Of a stretch of 20,000 nt of DNA, positions 10,116-18,820 are shown piece by piece. The DNA is from Chiloscyllium plagiosum. Its lineage: Eukaryota. The first letter of the stretch is position 1; each line of letters opens with the position of its first letter. The notes under the pieces were generated by a model, which saw nothing but the letters and a program-made list of their open reading frames with translations, was not told where the DNA came from and ran no database searches. A program made the translations under genes and the position numbers. The stretch covers positions 3,267,753 to 3,287,752 of the forward strand of contig NC_057752.1 of assembly GCF_004010195.1 (NCBI RefSeq). Reading direction: 5' to 3'.

Positions 10116-11029
10116 TCACTCTCGCTGCAGTCCCTTTTGATTGCAAATCTATTTATTGACTGTTAAATTCCATGAGCTCCCTTGGTGGGATTTGAACCCA
10201 CGCACTCGAGTATGGGTCCAGCCCTATGGATGACCAGCCTAGTGATATTGCCATTATTGCTTACATCTGCGAAGCACGTTCTTGGCCGTAAAATGCGTCC
10301 AAGACCTCCCAAGGTTGCAAGGTCTTTCGTTGCAACATGACACAAACAACCCCAAACTCATTTCCCAGACAGCTCCTTGGCCTCCAAGCATCTGCTGATT
10401 TACTGCTCCCTGTGCTGGGAAGATTCACTAGAGATCAGCACGCTCAGCTCTGCCTGAGGCTGACATTCTGTATCGGTGACAAGGCAATGTGTCGTGACAC
10501 CAGTTTCTCACCAGAACATTCAGTCAAAAAAAAATGTGTTTTTTTCTGCTCTGCAGCCCAGCACTGACGAAACAGAATAGCCTTGCAGCTCCCTCTGTCC
10601 CCAGGGAGACAAGTCAACACCTTCTGCGCTTTTCAAACACTGATCTATGCTCTTGTGCAGATAATTCCATTTATGAAAAAGAACCAAAAGTAATTTCAAG
10701 AAGGTTACAGACTGCAGCAAGTAAGCACATTTCTGATGAACTTGCACATCCTTTTTATTAAATCGCTGTTTATCGCATCTTATTGTTGAGAGAATATTTT
10801 GAACAGCTCCACACTATTAACTCCATATTCTTGGACACAAGGCTGAGGAAGGGCAAATTTTCACTTTCACTGTGAGGGGATGAGGGTAAGTTATTGGTCT
10901 GAAATCGTCACATTTTCGTGAGGTACATGAACACAGCCATCGTGCCCCATTTATCGCGATCTCGGTCCTCCCCGCTCACCTTTCTTGGTTATGTTCCACG
11001 GATGCTCTGCACTATCACTACTTCTTGCA

Positions 11030-11365
11030 ATCTCCATTTTGAAAATTTTCATTTCACCTTTTTTGAGGGGAGAAAACTCCAAACCGTTTCTCTTTGCACT
11101 CGACATCACCCCTGACAAGCCTGGCTCAAATTTCCAGGTTGTGATCTCTTGTTTACGATTCCATCCATGGAGAAGAAATCATTTCTCTCTGTCTACCTTG
11201 TCAGAGCCTTTGAATCAGTTAACACCTTGTTTAGAGGATCCCTTAATCGTCTCACCTAAAGGGAGTCCGAGTCCAGCCTAGCAACATAATTTAACCTTCG
11301 ACTTAAAGTCATTCTCGTGAATCTTTCCAACAGATCTGAACAGGACAATGTATCTTTCCCTAAAA
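11030..11365 (-). mobile_element. Highly degenerate CR1 fragment
   Basis: Minus strand reads ..LGKDTLSCSDLLERFTRMT.. The plus strand has CR1-antisense motifs (tttctctctgtctaccttgtc). Confidence 0.5.
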
Positions 11366-11477
11366 TCTGTGAGATTTTTATGAGATCCCTTCTCTTGTGC
11401 GTGCAGCCAAGACAGACAGAAGACAAACTTGCCCTTCTATACACAAGCTTTACTTTTTTTACGCTTAGGATATGTTT

Positions 11478-12200
11478 TGTTATGAAGGTATAAGGGGTAC
11501 TGTACCTTTAAGAGAGCTGGAAGCTAGCAAGGTCTTAGAGAGGCACAGACAGTCCGGAACAATGTCACGTTTGGTCAGAACAGCAAGCACCGGCTAGGTT
11601 GCTATGAGACCAAAACAAATTCAAATGTGGCCATCTGTATAAATTATGCCCCAAGATACCAAACTCCAATCGAGTGTGAATTTAGTATTTTAACAATATC
11701 AAAACCAATGAAACGATCTGGTGGTTTGGGGTATAAGTATCAGACAATCTGAATAGTTAGTCAGAGAGAGAACTTCCAAAAGACTAACAGATGTAAGCTG
11801 CAAATGAGAACTCTCTGAGAGGTACCTGGCTGGAGAAGGAGTTTGCACAGAGAACAAACATCAACACCAACCTGGAGAGCAAATCTACTGAGGAAGATAC
11901 AAAGAGCAGATTCGCCAACTGGTTTTGAAATTTGAATTTTTCTGTTAGTCTTAATCAGGGGTTTTATTGGACCAGCAAGGGGAAGATAAAAGGTAGGTTT
12001 AGGTAAACGAGTTATAAATAGTTGTTAATTAACTTCTCTGTTAGACATTTAAAAAAAAAAAGTTGTTAATTTTTACTGTAAATACTGACTTTTGGGGTAG
12101 TTCATTTCCTCTCGAATTTTCACAGATTACAGCACGGGGTAAATCTTTTCTGTGTTGCTGGTTTAAATTAGCAGAGGGAGGTTTACCTCGTGTCATAACA
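11478..12200 (+). mobile_element. Solo LTR (723 bp), probably Ty3/Gypsy-type
   Basis: Perfect 8-bp terminal inverted repeats TGTTATGA (11478-11485) and TCATAACA (12193-12200). The 4-bp flanks GTTT/GTAT are a TSD with one mismatch. Internal CCAAT at 11705 and TATAA at 11732. No coding capacity. Confidence 0.8.
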
Positions 12201-12496
12201 GTATGTATCATGTGAGGAGTTCGCCAAATTCACCTTGTCTCCACGAGCAGGAAATAAATCTCACACTGTGCAGGCTAAAACTAGAATTACAATTTATTCC
12301 CGAGTAAGATTATATAAAAACCTCCTCAGAGAAGTTAAGTATCACATGCTGAGATCTTCCATTACCTCAGGCCATTCCAAAGTCCTTTCCAGCTAATGGA
12401 GCACTTTGTGAAGTGTAGTCACATCAATTTGTGCAAAGCAAGATCCCACAGCTAGCGGTGTGCTAAGGACTAGATAATCACTTTTTAAGTGACAGT

Positions 12497-12798
12497 TATA
12501 GAATCCCAACAATGTGCGAAGGGACCATTTGGCCCGTCAAGTCTGCACTGACCCTCCGAAGAGCAGCCCCCCTATCCCTATATTCCCCTGTGGCTAACCC
12601 ACCTAGCCTGCGCATGACAGGACAATTTCTCATGGCCAATCCACCTTAAGCTGCACATCTTTGGACTGTGGGAGGAAACCAGAGCACCCGAAGAAACCCA
12701 CGCAGAGAATGTGCCGACTCCACCCAGACAGTCGCCCAAGGGTGGAATTGAACCCGGGTCCCTGGTGCTGTGAGGCAGCAGTGCTAACCACTGAGCCA
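12497..12798 (-). mobile_element. HE1-type SINE (V-SINE)
   Basis: Minus strand has A-box tggctcagtggttagc, B-box ggttcaattcc, a central gggtttcttcgggtgctctggtttcctcccacagtccaaagatgtgcag domain, and a CR1-derived tail. Confidence 0.92.
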
Positions 12799-12894
12799 AT
12801 ATGCTACACGTTGGTTGGGGAATGATCAGTGGGTTATATGGAATCATTTACAGACATCTAAAAGGGCAGATTGAGTTTTAGCTTAACCCAAAAG

Positions 12895-13033
12895 GTAGAA
12901 GTGGGTACTGCAGATTAGAGTCAAGATTAGAGTGGTGCTGGAAAAGCACAGCAGGTCAGGCAGCATCCGAAATCCTGCTCCTCGGATGCTGCCTGACCTG
13001 CTGTGCTTTTCCAGCACCACTCTAATCTTGACT
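12895..13033. mobile_element. PLE-derived mini-element forming a perfect 52-bp hairpin, 12-bp TSD
   Basis: 12919-12970 is the exact reverse complement of 12982-13033. Flanks are TTAACCCAAAAG (12883-12894) and TTAATCCAAAAG (13034-13045). Confidence 0.88.
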
Positions 13034-13249
13034 TTAATCCAAAAGATGGCACCTCCGACAGTACATGGATCCCTCCGTACTGGTGTACCAGCCTTGGTAT
13101 CTACTCAAGTTTATAGAATCTTGCAGAATAAGATTTGAATCCCATTTTGAGACTTTTTGACTCAGGGCAACGAGCACTGCCAACTAAGCCAGTGCCAGGA
13201 CCTGAATTGCACATATCCTCAAGAAAAACGACTCGATAATTAGCTTGCA

Positions 13250-13680
13250 TGGTGCTGGGAATGGCCCCGATCTGCCCGCAAGGAATGAGACAGCATGCCA
13301 GTCCGCAAGCCTGGCTTCCAGCACGGGCATGAACGGGCCGCGAACCCAGGCTGCTCACTCCGAGGGTCCACACTTGGTGTCCAAAGCCCTACTGGCGGCC
13401 CACTGACCCGCGCGGAGGTGCTGCTCACGGAATCCCTTACTGACTTTGCAGCATCTGGGCAGCCTCCTGTCAGACCGATCTGCCGTCACATTAACCAGCA
13501 TTCCCTCTCCTTGGCCGATGCGGCATTTCCTGCCCCCCCCATCGGAAAAAGAAGAAGGGAATCGGAACGCACGCTTAATACCGTAACCAGCCCCGCCTTC
13601 CCGGTGTGGGAGCCGCTGGTGCTTATCAAAGCGGGGATGGTGAGCCTGTTCAAAGTGCTTAACGTAAGCAGTTAGCTAGG
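13250..13680. promoter_or_regulatory. CpG-rich island-like unique segment (function unknown)
   Basis: Hand count of 27 CpG in 13261-13680. GC-rich, with no repeat recognised. Confidence 0.4.
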
Positions 13681-13721
13681 GCACCAAGGCCTTAATAAAA
13701 CAGGAGATTTGATTTTTCCGA

Positions 13722-13800
13722 ATCACACCTCTGGAGTAGGTAGGACCTGAACGCCGATCCTCCCAGCCCAAGGGTAGGGACAATACCACTGCACCACAAG
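13722..13800 (-). mobile_element. tRNA-derived SINE head
   Basis: Minus strand reads cttgtggtgcagtggtattgtccctacc..gttcaggtcctacctactccagagg (A and B boxes). Confidence 0.65.
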
Positions 13801-14024
13801 TTCTCGCGCCAGTGCAGCTCCAGCTTGCGTGGAGTCCCACCATATATTATTCCAAGGGAGACGAGGCGACATGGTAGCTGAAGTGGACACAGACCCCACT
13901 GAGGCTTCCTTCTACAAGTCAGGTGACATTCACCTTGCTGCAGGGGCAAGCAGAGGGGAAGCTGCAGATCCAAACTCCCAGCATGCCTCACCAGCACACC
14001 AGGCTGCCCGCTCAGAGTGCGACC

Positions 14025-14482
14025 TTGGAAAAAAAAATGTCCTGAAGAAATTTATAAGGACGTCACTCAGCGATCTGAGTTATAGGGAGAGGTTGGACAA
14101 GCTATGACCATTTATCTTTCGAGTGTAGGAGACTGAGGGGGACGTCTTACAGAAGTGGCTCAGATCATGCGAGGCATGGATAGGGTGATTCCCCAGGGTT
14201 GGGGAGTCGAGGACTGGAGGGCATCAATTTAAGGTGAGAGGGGAACGAATAAAAGGGAACCTGAGGGGCAACGCTTTTGCACAGAGGGTGGGACGCATAG
14301 GGAATGCGCTGCCAGCGGAAGTGGTTGAGGTGGGTACATTAACATCATTTAAAAGGCATTTGGACAAATACATGGATAGGAAAGGATATGGGCCAAGTGC
14401 AGGGAAATGGGGTTAGTGTGGATGGACATTTTGGTCAGCATGGACCAGTTTGGACAAAGGACTTGTCTCCATGCTGTAGTCC
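14025..14482 (+). mobile_element. CR1 LINE 3' end, moderately diverged
   Basis: KKFIRT..DLSYRERLDKL, then MRGERIKGNLRGNAFAQRVGRIGNALPAEVVEVGTLTSFKRHLDKYMDRKGYGPSAGKWG, then the 3' UTR. Confidence 0.9.
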
Positions 14483-14489
14483 CTTAAGC

Positions 14490-14810
14490 TTTCAGGGAGT
14501 TGGAGAAGCTGCTCTCTTTGGTGCAAAAGGAGGGGAGATCTGATTAAGCCGTGCAAGATTCAGATTGGTCTTTGACAAGACAGGCAAAAATTTCCATTTA
14601 CAAGGTCAGTGGGAACGTAGTTGAGAGCTTTGGCTGATATAACGATGAAGATTTTGACACGTGTTAACGCCCTAATGCCCGCTGCCTGAAGGGGGTGAAG
14701 CAGAGACCATCAATGGTCACAGAAGGAAATTGGAAACTGCAGAGCTCTGGGGCTAAAATCTGGGACTGAAACTGAGTGGCTGCTTAACAGGGAGTCAGCA
14801 CAGACTCGAC
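14490..14810 (+). mobile_element. Very degenerate CR1 3' remnant
   Basis: Scattered motifs ttggagaagctg..ggggagatctgatt..gctgcctgaagggggtgaagcagagaccatc..aggaaattgga in CR1 order. Confidence 0.45.
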
Positions 14811-14877
14811 TCCAATTTGCTTTCTTCTGTGTTCGGAATCTACCACCACGCATCCATCCCTGAGCTGAGAACAACTG

Positions 14878-14962
14878 CAACGAAAACAGAAATTGCTGGA
14901 AAAGCTCAGCAGGTCTGTGAGGAGAACTCACATTTCAGGTCCGGTCACCCTTCCTCAGAACG
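14878..14962 (-). mobile_element. Short PLE terminal fragment with hammerhead-like core, 11-bp imperfect TSD
   Basis: Flanks GAGAACAACTG (14867-14877) and GAGAACAATTG (14963-14973). Minus strand reads GUU-CUGAGGA(14958-14952)-A-GGGU-GACCGG-ACCU-GAAA-UG-UG. Confidence 0.72.
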
Positions 14963-14979
14963 GAGAACAATTGATGCAG

Positions 14980-15605
14980 TCAGTTTACAGCTGTACCATG
15001 GAAAGCATTCTATCCAGATGGATCATGGCTTGGTACGGCAACTGCTCTGCCCAGGACAGTGAGAAACTACAGGGAGTTGTGAACACAGCCCAGTCCATCA
15101 CCCAAACAAACCTTCCATCCATTGGCTCCATCTACACTTCCCACTGCCTCGGGAAGGCAGCAACATCATCAAAGACCCCTCCCACCCCGGTTATCATCTC
15201 TTCCAACCTCTTCCATCGGGCAGAAGATACACACAGACCAACAGATTCAAGAACAGCTTCTTCCCTGCTATTATTAGACTTCTGAATGGACCTAGGATGA
15301 AGTGAGGACTGCAGTTGCTAGAGATCAGAGTCAAAACGTGTGGTGCTGGAAAAGCACAGCCGGTCAGACAGCATCCGAGGAGCAGGAGAGTCGATGTTTT
15401 GGGCATAAGCCCTTCATCAGGACCTCTCCAATTTCAAATCTAATGTTGATGTTGCTTTGTGCACCTCCTGTACAGCCGTAACCGTGTTTGCCTCACTCTG
15501 CCTGCGATCTGTGTGTCTTTGTATGCTACGTTCTGCCTGGACAGCATGCAAAACAAAATTTTTCACTGTACTGAGGTACATGTGACAATACTAAATCAGA
15601 TCCCA
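14980..15605 (+). mobile_element. Rex1/Babar-like LINE 3' end, interrupted by a PLE piece
   Basis: YSCTMESILSRWIMAWYGNCSAQDSEKLQGVVNTAQSITQTNLPSI..HCLGKAA / TNRFKNSFFPAIIRLLNG. The 3' UTR ..ttttcactgtactgaggtacatgtgacaata resembles 4710-4745. Confidence 0.88.
15294..15419 (-). mobile_element. Short PLE terminal fragment with decayed hammerhead, 6-bp TSD
   Basis: GGACCT at 15288-15293 and 15420-15425. Minus strand reads CUGAUGA-A-GGGC-UUAU-GCCC-AAAA-CAUC (GAAA>AAAA). Same family as 829-926. Confidence 0.85.
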
Positions 15606-15790
15606 ATAAATCACCAGGTGTCCAAAGTAGAAACCCAAATCTCTTTTCCACTCGCAGCAACATTCAGCATAAGTCCCACTCAGTCAGGATGGAAATGCCA
15701 CCAGTACCTGCTGCTGTCCAAATGCATTTCAAGGACATAGGAGGTTCCATTCTCTGTGCTGGTGGTGGTGAGTTTTCTCTTACTGTGCAA

Positions 15791-16083
15791 GCTACGGTGG
15801 CTCAGTGGTAGACACTGCTACCTCACAGCACCAGGGACCCAGGTTCAATTCTAGCCTCGGGCGACTGTCTGTGTGGAGTTTGCACATTCACCCCATGCCT
15901 GCGTGGGTTTCCTCCCACAGTCCAAAGATGTGCAGGTCAGGTGAATTGGCCACGCTAAATTACCCATAGTGCTCGGTGCACTAGGCAGAGGGAAATGGGT
16001 CTGAGTGCGTTGCTCTTCGGAGGGTCAGTGTGGACTTGTTGGGCCGAAGGGCCTGTTTCCACACTGTAGGGGAATCTAATCTA
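15791..16083 (+). mobile_element. HE1-type SINE (V-SINE)
   Basis: A-box ggtggctcagtggtag, B-box ggttcaattc, central domain, and tail ttgggccgaagggcctgtttccacactgtagg..(aatct)n. Confidence 0.93.
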
Positions 16084-16954
16084 CGGTTTTGGTGAAATAG
16101 CGAAGACGGACGTCGGATAAGGCTTTCTGCGTGCCCAGTTTCCGGGTCAGAGACGGTTAACAAGCTCACGTCACCGAGATTGGGTCAATCTGGATTCCCA
16201 ACAGGCATTTGCTGACTGGAAAAAGAACCAACAATGTCGGGAGGAGTTGACCACAAACCTCAAGGGCTCAGAGAAGTAGCTTGCTTCTTAAGGTCACAAT
16301 GGAGATCATTTTCCACAATTCACTGCTGCTCGGTCAATTATTATATTTATATCAGATAGCGCCCAGGTCAAATTACGTTTTAAAATAATCATTTTTTTTT
16401 GTCTTCATTTGCTGGCAGTGAATGTGATGTGAAGGTCAGTGTTAATCCTTGATTAAAAGAAACCTACTTTCATATAACTTTCCGTTCAATCAACAGAAAT
16501 TGGTGACAGATTCTTTTATCATTGTTTGCCATTTCCAAAAACAGCTTTGTCGACTTGAGCTGACCGGAGAGACGTATTGAACACTCCCTCCTGAGTTACT
16601 TTTTGTAGCAACAGCAATTTTAACTTCTGAATCTTTGGAATTCAAGAGAAATCCCCCTGAATCCACCTTTCGGTTATCAAGCCCTCTGCAGAGCCCAGTA
16701 GCTCAGTCTGTATTGACCTAAGTGCCTGATGCACTGCCAGAAATCACTCCAGCTTAATCCAGGTATCACGTCTGAATCAAACTGGTAGATACCACAGGCT
16801 AAGCACACGACTATACTTCAGCGAGGTATCATGCACTGTCACTTGGTATGTTGAAGTGCGTTGAAAGCATGACAGGAGCACAGGCAAGATTTCCAATTTG
16901 TGTCTGAGATAATGCATTGCTTGACTGCACACACAAAATATCAAATTCATTTAA

Positions 16955-17080
16955 AAGTCTGGAATGAGGTGGAGGCAGGGTCAATTTACACACTCAAGAG
17001 GCAATGGGACCATTATCTGGAAAAGGAAGGGCGTGCAGGGTTCCAGGGAGAAGCATGGGATGAGTTGCTCATTCGGAGAC
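16955..17080 (+). mobile_element. Old CR1 3' remnant
   Basis: VWNEVEAGSIYTLKRQWDHYLEKEG motif. Confidence 0.55.
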
Positions 17081-17368
17081 TGAAAGGGTTGTCTGACTGG
17101 AACAATTCACAGAAAAACATGGCTGGGTTGCTATCCCACTTCTCCCCAGTCATTTCACACCCAAATGCCAAAGCTGGCACAGAAACGCATTTTCAATGTG
17201 TAATCCAACAGGTTTATTTGGGAGCGCTGCTCCTTCATCAGGTGACCAACACAGTCATTCTGAAAGATGAGAGACTTAACAAACAATCCAGGTCTTTTTC
17301 AATGTATCATTTCAGTTACTGAACCTTTTGCTATAAATTCAGTGTCTTATGATCTTCTACTCCACAAC

Positions 17369-17398
17369 CAACTGATGAAGGAGCATCACTCCGAAAGC
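17369..17398 (+). ncRNA. Hammerhead ribozyme motif, truncated by SINE insertion
   Basis: CUGAUGA(17372-17378)-A-GGAG-CAUCA-CUCC-GAAA(17393-17396)-GC, then the SINE. Confidence 0.65.
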
Positions 17399-17689
17399 AG
17401 ATCCCCTACAGTAAGGAAACAGGCCCTTCAGCCCAACAAGTCCACACCGACCCTCCGAAGAGCAACCCACCCCAACTACTGCACCTAACATTATAGGCAC
17501 TTTAGCACGGTCATTTCTCCTGGCCTGCACATCTTTGGACTGGGGGAGGAAACCGGAGCACCCAGAGGAAACCCGCACAGACATGAGGAGAATGTGCAAA
17601 CTCCACACAGACAGTTGCCCCACGGATGGAATTGAACCTAGGACCCTGGTGCTGTGAGGCAGCAGTGCTAACCACTCAGCCACCGTGCC
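17399..17689 (-). mobile_element. HE1-type SINE (V-SINE)
   Basis: Minus strand starts ggcacggtggctgagtggttagcactgctgcctcacagcaccaggg..ggttcaattcc, with a complete tail. Confidence 0.93.
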
Positions 17690-18219
17690 ACTCAGTGAGC
17701 CACAGTGCTTCCAAATAAATCTACAACCTAGTGTTGTGTGATTTTTAACTTTGTACACCCCAATCCAACACTGGCATCTTGAAATCATATTTGCAGTTAA
17801 GACTCTGACCGTACCACTTTGTTGAGGCAATCACTGTTTGAAAAGCCCGTTTTGAGAAACCAGAATTCTTACCGGGAGTGACTTACCCACCCTTGCAGTT
17901 TATTCTCGCTTGTGCCCCACCAACCCCATAGCCTTCATTGTTGACTTTTTTTGACCAGCTCCCTATCTGTTGACTTACATCCAAGTCTGCACTGCTTCCC
18001 TGACATGTCCCCACACTGTAGCTCATGAATTGCTTCAAACAATGCCTCAACTAATACCTGAACACAGTCCCTCTCAGTTAAACACTTGATGTTAATGTGC
18101 AGCTGGCAGTAGACCACAGGTGAGATACAGGAGGATCCGCGTGGACAGTGCGTTGTCATTGTGGACAAAGTTAAAAATCCCATAACACCAGGTTATAGTG
18201 CAACAGGTTTATTCTGAAG

Positions 18220-18254
18220 CACGAGCTTTCAGAGTGCTGCTCCTTCATCAGGTG
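18220..18254 (-). ncRNA. Minimal type-I hammerhead ribozyme motif (best-preserved copy)
   Basis: Minus strand reads CAC-CUGAUGA-A-GGAG-CAGCA-CUCU-GAAA-GC-UC^GUG. Stem I is CAC/GUG, and palindromic AGCU takes the place of stem III. Confidence 0.78.
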
Positions 18255-18255
18255 G

Positions 18256-18417
18256 TTGTGTGTGAGAGTGTTTGTGTGTATGTATGTGTGTGAGAGAGAG
18301 AGTGTATGTGTGTGAGTGAGAGCGAATGTGTGTGTGAGAGTGATGTGTGAATGAGAGTGTGTCTGTGTGCGTGTGAGTGAGTGAGAGCATGTATGTATGT
18401 GAATGAGACTGTGTGAG
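18256..18417. repeat. Imperfect (TG)/(GA) microsatellite
   Basis: Direct reading. Confidence 0.9.
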
Positions 18418-18549
18418 ATTCCTGATGAAGGACCTTTGCCTGAAACGTTGATTTTCCTGCTCCTTGGATGCTGCCTGACCTGCTGTGCTCTTCCAGCACC
18501 ACTGTAATCTAGACTCTGATTTCCAACATCTGCAGTCCTCACTTCTGCC
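18418..18549 (+). mobile_element. Short PLE terminal fragment beginning at a hammerhead motif
   Basis: AUUC-CUGAUGA(18422-18428)-A-GGAC-CUUU-GCCU-GAAA(18442-18445)-CG-UU-GAUU, then ggatgctgcctgacctgctgtgctcttccagcacc..tctgcagtcctcactt. Confidence 0.85.
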
Positions 18550-18660
18550 TGAGAGTGTATGTGTATGAGTGAGAGTGTAAGTGTTTGTGTGTGAGAGAGA
18601 GTGTGTGTGTGTGTGAGAGTGTGTGTGCGTGTGTGTGTATGTATGTGTCTGTGTGTGTGT
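18550..18660. repeat. Imperfect (TG)n microsatellite
   Basis: Direct reading. Confidence 0.9.
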
Positions 18661-18779
18661 CAGTGCAGCTCCTGTTACCTGTACAACACAAAGTGACTAA
18701 AAAGGAATATGTGACTCCTGCCTACTCCTGCCCAGCCAGTGGGTTTCTCATTGCCAGCTGCTGCATTTTCATTTTCAAC

Positions 18780-18784
<5 letters not shown>

Positions 18785-18818
<34 letters not shown>
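18785..18818. repeat. (GA)17 microsatellite
   Basis: Direct reading. Confidence 0.95.

Positions 18819-18820
<2 letters not shown>

Larger units (their letters stand above)
9670..10260 (-). mobile_element. Old tRNA-derived SINE (possibly LF-SINE-like), split by later insertions
   Basis: Body gggtctggagtcacatgtaggccag..ggcagatttccttccct (~9928-9985). Minus-strand head has a B-box-like gggttcaaatccc (~10186-10199). The 3' part lies at ~9670-9725. Confidence 0.6.
12350..13192 (-). mobile_element. DeuSINE (SacSINE/AmnSINE-like), interrupted by an HE1 SINE and a PLE hairpin
   Basis: 3'/Deu-domain part ..tgaagtgtagtcac..aatttgtgcaaagcaagatcccaca (12350-12490), middle part 12830-12894, and head part atccaaaagatggcacctccgacagt..tgactcag..ccaactaagcca (13034-13192). 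Confidence 0.72.
17204..17790 (+). mobile_element. PLE 3' region (second family) with a short 5' inverted copy, split by an HE1 SINE
   Basis: Inverted piece at 17204-17245 (minus strand cacCTGATGAaggagcagcgctcc). Plus-strand CUGAUGA at 17372-17378. The terminal tract agtgcttccaaataaa..tgtgatttttaactttgt..ggcatct resumes at 17704. Confidence 0.8.

Noticed and set aside
10870..10895. Strong donor-like gagg|gtaagt as the end of an exon
   Set aside because: No convincing upstream acceptor or recognisable reading frame was found. An isolated motif is expected by chance.
13829..14107. 92-aa ORF
   Set aside because: No recognisable domain, and it runs into a CR1 fragment. It cannot be supported as coding.
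15791..15865. tRNA gene (A/B boxes; likewise ~12745-12798, 13722-13800, ~17630-17689)
   Set aside because: These are tRNA-derived SINE heads, mostly continuous with SINE bodies, and none forms an intact cloverleaf.
829..18549. CRISPR-like array from recurring gctggaaaagcacagcaggtc repeats
   Set aside because: The copies are dispersed, irregular and in both orientations, many have TSDs, the context is vertebrate, and there are no cas genes.
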